A DNA stretch of 63,973 nucleotides, the filler included, from Hyphochytrium catenoides (Eukaryota; Protista; Hyphochytriomycota): the NCBI GenBank assembly GCA_900088475.1. It is 7 parts of 7 records of this genome, joined end to end, with 100 filler letters (N's around TTAATTAATTAA, not from the genome) between each part and the next. Parts side by side here need not be neighbours in the genome. Positions count along the whole stretch, not along the records: positions 1 to 12,911 come from FLMG01003341.1; 6 more parts are not named here. One strand, 5' to 3'. The position numbers were made by a program, and so were the translations under genes. The notes beneath the pieces are model-generated. The model had not been told where the DNA came from. It did no database searches and saw nothing but the letters and a program-made list of their open reading frames with translations. Positions 1-11,347 of this stretch are shown one piece after another (the first letter of the stretch is position 1; each line of letters starts with the position of its first letter).

Positions 1-766
1 GAGAGAGAAAGAGAGAGAAGACGAGAGAGAGAGAGAGAGAGAGGAGAGGAGAGAGAGAGAAAGAGAGAGGAGAGAGGGAGAGAGAGAACGAGCATTTGCA
101 CGAGATAGAAAAGAGAACTAAGATACCCTTGTCCCCCTTTTGAGGATCTTTCAGACCTTTCCTTGTGGACCGTTACTAGTCAACAATGGTATTGCACTCT
201 GAGCTAAGATACCCCTGTCCCCCTTAGAAGGCTGGCTTGCGGAGCCAATACTAAATGGCGGGGATTGGAGGCCGAAGGTAAGGCCTAAGAGTTTGGTAGG
301 AATAGCGGTGCTGATTGGCTGATAAGAGCCTCAGCTGGGCCATAAAATGTTCTAAAATATGGGCTGTACGACTAAACTCAGGTCTGTATATATCTATTGG
401 TATCTAGGATCTAGGTGAGTAATGCAACATTCAATAACTGTAGACCCCTTTTATTTCCTAACTGGGGCCACCTAACCGCTTTGTGGAGTTGATACATACT
501 TATTACGGATCTACGAGATGATTGGGCTCCTTGGGTCGTACTACATCACGGGAAGCGCTTAAGGCAAGGGTTATTGTCCCGGCTCCGTATTACCAGTCAT
601 CTAAGCTTCTTGTCCGGAATAGCAAACCAATATATTACGAATTTAGCTTGAATGCTCATGGTGCCCCATCTCAGACATATTGATGTGCCTCCTGCCCGTA
701 GAGAGGAGGTGGCAAGAGGTAGAAGGCAGAGTTGATAGGAATTGTGGCCCCACAAAGTAGGGTCTC

Positions 767-799
<33 letters not shown>

Positions 800-1957
800 T
801 TTTCTCTCTCTTTGCTTATCTACTTGGTTTCTCTCTCTCTTTCTTCCTCTTTCTTCCTCGCCGCTTACTTACACTTGGATGCGCTACCTCGATCGCTCTC
901 CTGCGAGTAGAACTCTCTTTCTCCCCAACACCAACTCTTTCTCTTCTCTTCTTTCCCCTCTGTCTGTCTCCGTCGGCTTGTGTCTCTCTCTCCTCTATCC
1001 ACTCAGTTTGTCTCCTCTACTGCTTTCTCTCTCTCTCTCGTTTCCCCTCCTCTGTCTTTCCGGCTGCTTTTCTGTGTCTCTCTCTTTTCCCCTCTGTCTG
1101 TCTTCCCTCCTGCTACTCCTGTTTCTCTTTCTCCCTTTGTCTCTCATACTGCTTGTCTCTCTCTCTCTCTTGCGGCCCTTGCACTCCACAAAGAACAATG
1201 GCGAGAGAAGGTTGAGGGGCAGGGCTCAGGGTTCTGATCCAAAACAGGGAGAGAGGGAGAGGATGGGACAGCCTCTGAGTTGGGGACAATGCGTTGGAGA
1301 GCAAGGAGAGGAAGGAACTATGGCTTGCTTCTAGGAACCAACTACCAAGCAAGAGGGAGATAGAAAAGCGAGAGAGATGAGGGGAGAGAGAGACGAGAGG
1401 AGAGAGAGAGACGAGAGGAGAGGAGAGAGACAGACGAGAGAGAGAGACGAGAGGAGAGAGAGGGAGGGAGAGGGAGAGAGAGGGAGGGAGAGGGAGAGAG
1501 AGACGAGAGATGAGAGAGAGGGAGGGACGCGAGAGAGAGAGGGAGAGCGAGAGAGAGAGGGGAAAGGGTAAGAGGAGAGAGGGTGACGGAGAAAGAGAAG
1601 GGGAGAGGAGACGAACAGGAGGAAACGAAAGGGGGAGAGGAAGCGAGAGAGAGGAAGAGAGAGAAGAGAGAGATGAAGAAAGAGAGTGGTTGAAAGCGTA
1701 CTACAAGGGTAGGAGAGCAGTCTCGCCACCAACAAGCCTGCACTCTCCACCAAGCCAGCAACAAACTTTCTTAATCATTCCTCATTTTCCGCGTCTCTGC
1801 TCGCGCCTCTTCCGTCGTTGGAGCTCGCTGCTTTCCCTCTTCCCTTCTCTCCCTTTCTCTTTCTCTCTCTTTCTCTCTCTCTCTCTTCTATTCATTTCTC
1901 CGTTAGTACCGAGCTTATCTTCCTATCGTTTTATCTTTATAATATTGAAAAAGAACC

Positions 1958-3577
1958 ATGAGGAAATTAGTGCATCCCCTGCCTCCTCTCTTCTTGTCTT
2001 TCTCTCTCCTCTTTCTCTTTTCTCTTCTGCTTCCTCTCCCTCTCATACGCGGGGCTAACTCTATCAGAGCTGACTCGACTGGGTATGAGATGGACGGCAA
2101 GACGCCTCTCTGTTGGGAGAGCTGTGTGACTGTCCCGCTGGCCAAGCAAACAGAGATCGGCTCAGCATTCTCTGAAGTAGAGATCCCCGCCCCTGCAAAC
2201 CCAGAGAAAGACTTTGAGAACTGCCCTTCTTCTCTCAAAAGTGCAGGCTTTGACGACTCTCGCCCTCTCATCCAGGAAGGGCTGGCTCTCTCTCCGTTGA
2301 CGATGCCTGTGCTCTTCTCCTACACTGGCGATGATGTCATCTGCACGAAGGCCGGAGGAGGCTGCCATCAGCTCTCCCACATCAACATCCACGCCTGCGT
2401 GAACTCTGTCTCGCTCTGCCATCCCTTTGTGGCTAATAACAGCAAGCTCTCTACCCATTCTCCTTCTGAAAGCAGAGATCTCCCATCTCTAGGCACTGTC
2501 CGGGTGGACGACCTGAAAATAGTTCTCTCTGAAGGCGTGTACACCGCGATAGGACACTTCCGCTTCAGAAGAAAGACCAATGAGACCACGGTTTGCCAGG
2601 TGGATGCTGCCTCTGCTCTCTCCCTCATTATCAAGCCAAATAAAGACAAGCCGACAGAAGACAAGGCCGCAAAGACAGATGCGCCACCTACCTCTGACGC
2701 GCCGAAGAAGGAAGACGGAGGAACGCCAACATGGGTCTGGGCGGTGGTGGGCATAGGAGGCTTTGTCGCTGTCGCTATCGTGGCTGTTCTGTTCTACTAT
2801 CTGCACCAGAGAGGTAAGGCCTACAATGTGCCTCCAGTGCAGCAGCCTTACTATCACGTTAGCACCGATAATGACCACCACTACCCGGCAGGCGGACGCC
2901 ACAAGGGCCCAGACGTCGACGTATATGGCGCTCCTCCTTTCCCTCCTGAACTAAAGGACTCGCCGCTGGGGAGACAAGAGAGCTATCCTCCTCCTGAGCA
3001 GAGAGAGAGCCGTCCCGGTATGCAAATATCAGGGGAGAGACAGCCGATTGCTCCTCGACTGACTGGCGACTACTATTCAAACCTCGCATTGGCAGAAGAG
3101 GTGCAGGCAACGCCCATTCCCCTTCTGACTGCCACTGCCACTGCTTCTAACCCCATGGCTCAGCAGCAGCAACGCCCTTCCTCGACCTCAGGAGGTGGGG
3201 CCTCTCCGCGGAGAAGAGACAGAGAAACAGGTGGTAGAGAGGTTGTTGGAGGAGGACAACAAGCCGGTGGAGGAGGAGAGACGCTACCAGTCATTGTCAC
3301 TTCGAGAGACTACCGCCCGCCACAGGCCCATGCGGTATCGATAGACGATGAAAGAAAGGGAGAGTTCTCAATCGATAGGCCGGTGCAGCAGCAGGGTGGG
3401 CCGCTACTGGCGCAGCAGCAGCAACAGCAGCCGAGGTACAGCCAGCAACAACAAGGGGGCCAGAGATACAGTCACCAACAACAAGCAGGCGGCCCACGGA
3501 GAGAAGAGGAGGCCTATTATGATGGAGATGGGAGGTTCCACCGCCGCATGGGCTCTGACCTGGAGGTGGAGATGTAA
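1958..3577 (+). CDS. Type I single-pass membrane protein, 539 aa, apparently intronless: signal peptide, Cys/His-rich ectodomain, one TM helix, low-complexity Pro/Gln/Gly/Tyr-rich cytoplasmic tail
   Basis: Long ATG-TAA ORF of normal sequence complexity inside microsatellite flanks. Hydrophobic N-terminus ([23 protein letters not shown]). TM segment WVWAVVGIGGFVAVAIVAVLFYYL followed by basic HQRGK. Function not recognised. Confidence 0.85.
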   Translation: MRKLVHPLPPLFLSFSLLFLFSLLLPLPLIRGANSIRADSTGYEMDGKTPLCWESCVTVPLAKQTEIGSAFSEVEIPAPANPEKDFENCPSSLKSAGFDDSRPLIQEGLALSPLTMPVLFSYTGDDVICTKAGGGCHQLSHINIHACVNSVSLCHPFVANNSKLSTHSPSESRDLPSLGTVRVDDLKIVLSEGVYTAIGHFRFRRKTNETTVCQVDAASALSLIIKPNKDKPTEDKAAKTDAPPTSDAPKKEDGGTPTWVWAVVGIGGFVAVAIVAVLFYYLHQRGKAYNVPPVQQPYYHVSTDNDHHYPAGGRHKGPDVDVYGAPPFPPELKDSPLGRQESYPPPEQRESRPGMQISGERQPIAPRLTGDYYSNLALAEEVQATPIPLLTATATASNPMAQQQQRPSSTSGGGASPRRRDRETGGREVVGGGQQAGGGGETLPVIVTSRDYRPPQAHAVSIDDERKGEFSIDRPVQQQGGPLLAQQQQQQPRYSQQQQGGQRYSHQQQAGGPRREEEAYYDGDGRFHRRMGSDLEVEM

Positions 3578-4599
3578 GCCTTCCTTCCCTCTGGACGCTG
3601 CTGCTTTATTGAAACCAATAGATGGTAGGGGACCATCATAGATCCACCTCAGCATCGTCCCTAAGAGCCAGCAGCCCAGTGATCGCCCTTGATCTGTCGT
3701 AGCAACCTCTCTTCCTTAGCATCTGGATGGCAGAGTCCTCTCTCCTTGTCTCTCCTTTCTTCCTACGCAACAATACCCTTTTCTAAAGCATGAAGCTCCT
3801 CTATCCTTGGCAGAGATAAGGATCGATACTATGACGAAGAGAGAACGGGATCAAGAGCCCGTTAGTAGTCCGTCGTCCCTCAAGACTAGTGGTAGCCTCT
3901 GGCTGCCTTCTTTCACGATAATATCATAAATGTTTGACTAAGCTAGCGTCCCCGCCTTCATTCTCTTCAGTGCATGGCTAAGTTTTTGCAGAGTCGTTGG
4001 CAGAGCACTCATGCCGAGAGAGAGAGGGTCCCCAGAGCAAGGCACCAGGAGGGTGGAGTTACAGGCGTCTGCGGTGTGGACAACGAGGAGAACAAAGATG
4101 AAGAAAGAGCAGATCCAAGACCTTTCTTTCTCAACGTTGTTGCTAGTAGTAGGCTCCTTATTATTTGTCTCTTCCACATAGAGACACACTATGGATACAG
4201 CAGGTAAAGCGCTAGCCATGGATCACGTGGGTGATGATGTTTCTTTAAAGAAGCTACGGACAAGAAGGAGAAGCGGTAAAGTTCAAGACGAGAGAAGAGC
4301 GAGTGAGGAAGGATAAGAATAAGTTCTCCCGGAGACGTCCCTGGGTAGCAGGTCTTTCATTATGACGTACGTGCACCAGCAGTGTTGAGAGAGAAGACTG
4401 ACCGAGCCTCTGCCGGGCTTCTCTCTCTTCGCTCTCTCTCATTCGCTCCCTCTCTCTCTTCTCTTTCTCAATCTCTCTCTCTTCTTGTCTCCTCTCTACC
4501 GTCTTCTCTCTGTGCCCCTCTCTTTCTCTCTGCCACAGGCACGGAGATGCACAAACAGACAGACTCCTTGTCACCGACAGAACTGGTCTCTCTCTCTCT

Positions 4600-7500
4600 T
4601 CACTGGTGTCTCTTCAGCGTCTTTGCTAGTCTGGCTCCCTTTCTCCACAAGTAGCGAATGAGTCTCTTCTTCTTCTCAGCGTCACAATCCGCAAAAGCAG
4701 GCCGAGGCTTAGGAACCTTCACTCTTTCTGCCTCTATCCTCTTCCTCAGTGCGTGCCTGTACGCCCTTATTATAGGTCCATCATCCTGCTGCTGCAACCC
4801 AGAGAAGAGAACGAGCAGAAGGAAGATGAAACCCATGGAGATGTTTCCCCAGTCATTAGCAGAGAGGTTCAGAGAGGTCAGAATGTAGAATGAAGAGATG
4901 AAGAAGTGCAGGATCATCGCCAGCTCTTCCAATAGATTATCTATGGCGTGCAGGAACGGCCTGTTCCTCAGCTGGGAAATCAGGGCGATAAGCCATAGAA
5001 ACCAGCTCATCATCGAGACAACGACCTTTCTCCCTTGCGTCTCCAAGATAAACGCTAAGACTAACATTTGAACCGTCTTCACGAGCGGCCAGTGCTCGTA
5101 CCCAGGCCTGCAATAGCCTAGAAGCTCATTGTAGCGCCCGGAGTACTGCAAGCGACTGAGCTTCTTTCTGCCGAAGAAGGAGTAGAACAGTCTTCTGCCC
5201 TCAACGGAAGAAGACGACGACGATTGAGAGACAGAGGATGATGCAGTTGCACGGAAGTCTTTCCTGCATTCTCTCCAGGTGAACGTGCAGGAGACCCACT
5301 TGAGGAGGAGAAGAGCAATGACAGCGAAGAGAAACATTCCTACAGCATTTCCGGTTGCAAACTGAGGGGAGGAAGCTCTAGAGCAGCGGATGCTGGCATC
5401 TCTTAGCAAGACAGAGTGGCCAGACACTGTCTCACAGGTGGTAAGCTGCAAAGCGTAGCGGAAGAGAGGGAACAGAAGAACATGCACGAAGAGCTCGAGG
5501 AGACCCTGCCACGTCTTCTGACGCCATCGCCTTAGCTGGAAAGAGGCCCTTGCTGCCGCCTCCTGAGGAGATGAGGAGCAAACTTCTGCTGCTTCGTTGG
5601 CCTTAAGGGCTACGCCACCAGAAGAAGCGGCACCGACTGCCGCAGAGGAGAGAGAGGAAGAGCCTGCTTTCCCTCCCTTCTGCTGGTGGTGAAGCAGGCC
5701 TTTGACCAGCATCCGCTTCACATCCCTAACATCCGTGATTCCCTTCCGCGTCATGAGCCAGAGGAATAAGCCAGAGACGGTCAGGAAGGTCAGTAGCCCG
5801 CCCAGAAGCAGACCAAGCTCAAAGTAAATGTGATCTTGCAAGTGTCCATAGCCATAGAAGCCGCAGTCATACAGCGCATCAGGGCCTGTCCCATTCCCTG
5901 TCGGTCCCGACGTCAGGACAGGCGGTATTTCAAAGTTCCAGATCTCCAGAATGGCAAAGACAGAGCGCTTTGTTGTTGGGGACCTTTGAGAAAGAGCGAA
6001 CTGGGCTTGGAGAGCGTAGAGAAGGATAATCCACGGCGCGCGGGTGTCATTGACCTTAAGGTAGAGTGCGGCAGAGCAGAGAGACACGATGATCACGGTG
6101 AGGGTGATCACTAATGTTTTGATGGCATTCCCAGTGCTTCTGCAGATTTCTGGAAGTTGGCAGCGGGTGCCGATCTTCACATACCCTGAAGCGCATCCCA
6201 TACAGAGAAGAGAAGAGCTGTCGTACTCAGACGCACAGCCACCAACTGTCCCAAAGGCAGAGCTCTCATTTTCTCCCCGGGAGCCCACACAGAAACCCGG
6301 TTGACAGGCATAGATGGAGCTCTCTAGCAGGCCAGAGTACACAGCGGGGTCGGTGACATTGTCGGCTGACACTTGGAGAATCTGGCTCTGGACGTCGGCC
6401 TTGTCAATCCAGATATCTCTATAGACGAACAGCTCCTGCTTGCCCATACATCGTAACCTCCCGTTGAACTCTGCGCAAGAGAGACACATCTTTCCATCAA
6501 AGCCAAAGGATCCTAGCTGACAGTCTACACAGGCACCGGAGCTGGCCCGCTGTTGCCCAGGCTTACACTCGTGAAAGGGGCAGCTCATCTTGTTCATCTT
6601 CGTGGAGAAGAAGTCTCTGCCGCACTGAAAAGCAGGCCCGTCTTTGCAGGTGTCGGGACAGCAGTCTCCCCCGTCATAAAGACAGGCAGGAACATTGTTC
6701 TCAGGGTCACACCATCCATCTCCAGCCCACTCTGGTCGGGCACAGCCAGACTTCTCCATCGTCCCAGCAGCAGCGCCACTTTGAGAAGAAATAGAAGACG
6801 CGTTGCTAGGGCAGACGTCAGCAAAGGAGCACTTGACTGCCGCAGCGTTGCTTTTGATGACAAATCTTGGACCGGAGAGGATATCCCGGTCAAGGATCTT
6901 CTGTCCTGTTAACAGCTGCAGGCGGAGGAGTTGCACAGGGAGATAACCATAGAAGTTCTGTTGCTGGTCCACCGTGAAGTCCAGTTCTCCCCTGAGGATT
7001 GACTCTACCACGTCGTCAGTCACGTCAAAGGAGCCAAGACGCACAGAGGTCAGGCGATTCTCTTGCAGGAGAAACTGCCTGGTGCTCTCATAGACACCGG
7101 AACAGCACACGAAGATCACATCGAGCGCCGGGTCGTTATCAAAGATCTGTTTGAGCTGATTCGCGTTCTGCAGCGCGTCGTCAAAGGCGGCATAGACCTT
7201 TGTGGTCACATTATTATCGAAGCCGATCGCAAAGTTGTCGCATCGCGCCTTCCTCAAGAGGAACGAGAGAGAAGGTTAGAAGAGAGAAAGCCCACGAAAG
7301 CGTAGGATTTCTAGAGGAAGTCTAGTGGATGTTGGAAGAAGAGGAAGAAGCGAGGATGACAGGATCAAAAAAAGAAAGGTGGTTGTGGTTTGGAAAGCCA
7401 AGGAGGCGTGGACTGAGAGAAGACAACAAAGTTAAAAGAAACCGAGAGAGAAAGAGATGGAGAGAAACGAAGAGGGGGAAAGGGAGAGAGAAAGAGAGAG

Positions 7501-9403
7501 GGAGGCGTCGTGGGGAGGTCGAGGGAGGGAGAGACCAACAAGAGAAAGAGAGAGAGACAACATAGGGAGAGAGAGAGAACACACAGCGAGCGAGCGAGAA
7601 CGCAGAAAGACAGAGAGAGAAGAGAAGAAAGAAACGGCGAGAGAGCAAAAAGAAAGAGAAAGCACCAACAAATAGTTAGCGTGGCCAGGGAGCCTAATAG
7701 GTTGAGCATCATCTTACCTTGGTAAAGCTCAAGTCATTAATATAGAGACAGATCGCTTTCTGTCCGCCCGAAGCTTTGAGCCTTCGTCCCGCCTCCACAG
7801 AAGCATCCACATCAAACATTCCCATGTAAGAGAAGGGAAGGCCGGGCTCTGAGAGATCAGCGCCTGCGTTGATGAGAAAGAGAGGCAGCTGTGCCTCTTT
7901 AAGCTTTGCAATGGCTCCAGACATGGCCTCAGCGCTAGGCACGGACCCAATAAGCCCATCTATTGACGGCCCAGAGGACGTACCGTCAGAGCCAGCAGCC
8001 ATCAGTCTCTCGATGATCCCGCCCTGCGAGACAGAGTTGGTCGTGTCCATAGCGAAGTAGAAGCGGAACTGATCAGAGGCAGAGCAATTGCCGGTGGAGC
8101 TAGTGCAGTCGGAGAAAGAGAAGGACGTGTCCTTCACTCCTCGTTGCAGGCCGTCCAGCACAGACTGCCAGAAGCTCCACTGTCTCCCACCGTGCAGCAC
8201 AGTCGCCATTCTCACGTTCTCCTCTGTCAGTCTCTCTTTCTTCCCCTTCTCTCCCGCTCTCTCTCTATCTTCTACATCTGGAAGAGAAAACAGGAGTCTC
8301 GGGCCAGTCGTGAGAAGCTTCTGAGAAGGAATCTGGTGCCTAAGACCAAACTCTACAGCTAACACCATGCCCAGGTAGCCTTGAAGGTAGGGCTGCTGGT
8401 CTACCACAAGGAACTTGAAGGGAGAAGACGAAGAGAAAGAAGAGAGAAGAAGAGACGACGATGAAGAACTGCCGCCGCTCTCTCTCAGGTACTTGGAAGA
8501 GACAGTGTCCAGGTCAAAGGTCACGACTCCCACTTTCTTCTGTCTCATAAGCCCTTCAAAAGCCGTCACAACCTTGACCAACGTCCTTCGCCCAGCAGAA
8601 ACCACCCAGTCATGAGGGCTCGAGACGGAGCCGTCGCCGTCTTTGACAAGAACAGTAGCGTTGAAGGCGACCTGCTGGTTGTCAATAGAGGCGAGAGAGA
8701 GAAGGGAGAACGTGGCTGTGGGAGAGAGAGAGAGATAGAATGTCCTTACTTCCTGGCAGCGCTGCATCTGGTCGACATATTGAGCGCCATCCACCACGCA
8801 GAGGAGGTTCTTTCCTCCTTCTTGGGTCACTTGTTCTGCTATCTTCTGCCCTGCTAAGGTGTGGTTCTGTCCTAAGTGGACCTCGGTCACGCCCTGAGTG
8901 TAGGACTCAATGAGAGAGAGAGAGAGAATGCGATAGCCTCTCTCTCTCATACTCTGTATCCCGTCTTCTACGCCTGGCGGTACGACGGTGAGGATGAAGT
9001 TCTTCTCCGGAGGAAAGAGAGAGGTGTCGTTCAGAGATTGGAGAGAAGAGAGAATGAGTCTGCTGTCATTTCCATTGAACTTGTCTCTCTTCTCACTCTC
9101 CAAGACAGAGTGAACAACTCCTATGACTTTGACGCGCTTTGACGCCTCAAGAAAGCCTTGTCGGAGCGCGTAAGCGACGTCATCGGTGGTGGGATCTGCA
9201 TGAAGAAGAAGGTGGACACGAGCTTGGTGGTAAGGTTTGCATTGGCAGGTGACAGTGGCCGAAGCGGGGGAGAGAAAGAGAGAGAAAGACGAGAAGTGTG
9301 GCCCGGGAGAAGAGGTGGAAGCGAAGAGGATGAAGAGCCACGAGAGAAAGAAGCCACGAGAGAAGAAGGAAGAGAACAATGCTGTTCTCTCTCTTCCGCG
9401 CAT
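4600..9403 (-). CDS. Receptor-like membrane protein, ~1444 aa, 2 exons (9403-7718, 7248-4600): signal region, two tandem periplasmic-binding-protein type 1 (sugar ABC SBP-like) domains, LNR/Notch-like repeat, Cys-rich stalk, ~9 TM helices
   Basis: ORFs 7709-9403 and 4600-7257 join in frame through a phase-0 intron (7717-7249). The donor is AAG|GTAAG; the acceptor has a CTAAC branch site, a pyrimidine tract and AAG|. Spliced junction: ...INDLSFTK|ARCDNFAIG. SBP motifs occur twice: VDQQPYLQGYLG...TTGPRLL, and HGGRQWSFWQSVLDG...IDGLIGSVP...PLFLINAG...GSFD...VDQQQNFYGYLPV...SGPRFVIKSNA. LNR-like motif: CARPEWAGDGWCDPENNVPACLYDGGDCC. About nine hydrophobic segments in the C-terminal ~450 aa. Confidence 0.85.
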
Positions 9404-9524
9404 GATGGGTGCTGCTCAATCGCCGGCAACAGACGAGTTACGTCCAGCTTGGCACCAGAAGAGGCCCAAAATAAGGAACGTTAAGACTTTCCGACCTTGG
9501 CAGGCCGCAGATTATATGAGGGAA

Positions 9525-9564
<40 letters not shown>

Positions 9565-9729
9565 CCGGATAAGATGATAGAGGAAAGGTTGAGTGGTAGC
9601 AGCAGGAGCAGCGGCAAAGGAGAAGTACGGCCGCTACCGTGAGCCTCGCTCTCTCAGGCCTGGCGGCAAAACCAAGAAGCAGCACTTTTCCTCATCTCAA
9701 TGACCTTTCGAACGGGCAATATTATCGTT

Positions 9730-9785
<56 letters not shown>

Positions 9786-10556
9786 ATCTCTCTCTTCTCT
9801 CTCGTTACCCGCTCTTTCCCTGCTCGCCGACTCTTTTTATTTGGTCCTCTCCGCCTTCCTCTCTCTCTCCGTCCTCTTTTGCAGCAGTTGCCGCCGTCTG
9901 CTGCTTTCTTCTGCAAATGGAAGCGGCCCTCCCGCTATCTTTCTTCTCTTTCTCTCTCGTCTCTCCGACTTTTCCTTCTCTTCTCTTTTTCCTGCTTCTC
10001 CTCTTAGTGGAAGGCTGGCTCGTAGTTCACAAGCAATCTCATCTCACTAAGTCTTTACTTTGACATACTGCCCGTCAGCACACTCGCCTTAGCTTCTCCT
10101 TGTAGTCAAAAGAAAGGGGCGGCCAGGGGTGGAAGGAGAAAAATGAGAGAGAGACAGAAAGAGAGAGAGAGGGAGAGAGAGAGAGAGAAAGAAGGAAAGA
10201 TCGAAACGTGTCGGCTCTCCCTCATGGAAGCCTATAACGCACTAAGATTTCTAACAGTTATCTCCAGTCGTTAACTTCTCCTGATCTTATTCCGTCATCT
10301 TCTAGGTAAGGCTGCTCATTCATTTCCTCTCTCTTTTGTGTCCTTTCTCTCTCTCTCTCTCTTCTCTTTTCTCTCTTTCCCTAGACTCCAGCAGCTCTGG
10401 TTAGGGAGAGGAAACAGAAGAAGAAGAAGCCCAACAAGGCGCCGGAGAACGGGCTTCCTTTCGCATCCTGGCTGGCATGAGATGCAGCCAAACGGCCGTC
10501 CTTTGGTTGGTTCACTTCTTGGTCATGGAACTGTCAGACGCAGCCCCTCAAAGGAA

Positions 10557-10600
<44 letters not shown>

Positions 10601-11309
10601 TTGCCGTTGGTCTTCCCTCCCAGCTGGGCGTGTGTTGGTGTCACACCAGAGCTTCTCTTGGAAGGAAGGAAGGAAGGAAGGAAGGAAGAAAGGGAAAGAG
10701 AGAAGCACGATGGGCTCAAGAGAAGAGCAACAAGGACCACCAGCGCGTGGGGAACTGGGAGATCCGGGAACAACGTGGGAGCCAGCGAAGAGGAAAGAGA
10801 GAGAAAGAAGAAGAGAGGGAATTGAGGTGTATGTGGGAGAAAGAGAGAGAGCGGAGAGAGAGAGAGAGAGAGAGAGGTTGGGCGTTGGGGGTTTTGGGGG
10901 TGGAAGGGAAAAACCGAGAGGCAGGAGAAAGAGAGAGAGAGAAAGAGAGAGAGAGAAAGAGAGAGCGAGAGAGTGAGGGGAGGGAGAGAGAGAGGAGGTA
11001 ACGAGAGGGAGGCAGGGAGACAGAGAGAGGAGCGAAGAGAGAGAGAGAGAGCGGGAGGGAGAGGGAATGAGGGGTAGAGCAGGAGGAGAGAGCGAGAGAA
11101 GAGCATACATTCATGCAGGGAAACGAAACTGTCACTAAACTTCAAGAAGATTCTTTCCAAAGTCCAAAGACCACTAGTCAGAAATCAAACGATACATATT
11201 AGGGATCATACTAGGTAAAGCGTCCATATCATAAATTTGCTCGACAGCTTGGCACAACAAGGATGGTGGCCCAAGAGATCTTTTGTGTGTGTGTGGGGAG
11301 AGAGAGAGC

Positions 11310-11347
<38 letters not shown>

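Noticed and set aside
732-1764. Numerous ORFs of poly-(SL) or poly-(ER) composition here and throughout 9600-25168 and 37000-37900
   Set aside because: They are translations of stop-free (CT)n/(GA)n microsatellite, open in several frames on both strands at once.
7709-9403. Stand-alone bacterial sugar ABC substrate-binding gene or bacterial contaminant
   Set aside because: The ORF ends at a GTAAG donor mid-domain and continues in the next exon. There are no permease or ATPase genes, and the intron and flanks carry the host microsatellite.
11100-11280. Possible stop-codon reassignment to rescue interrupted frames
   Set aside because: Recognisable genes end in TAA (ARL3, Arc1p-like), TGA (DDX10) and TAG (UCH, Fab1) and lack in-frame stops, so the standard code applies.
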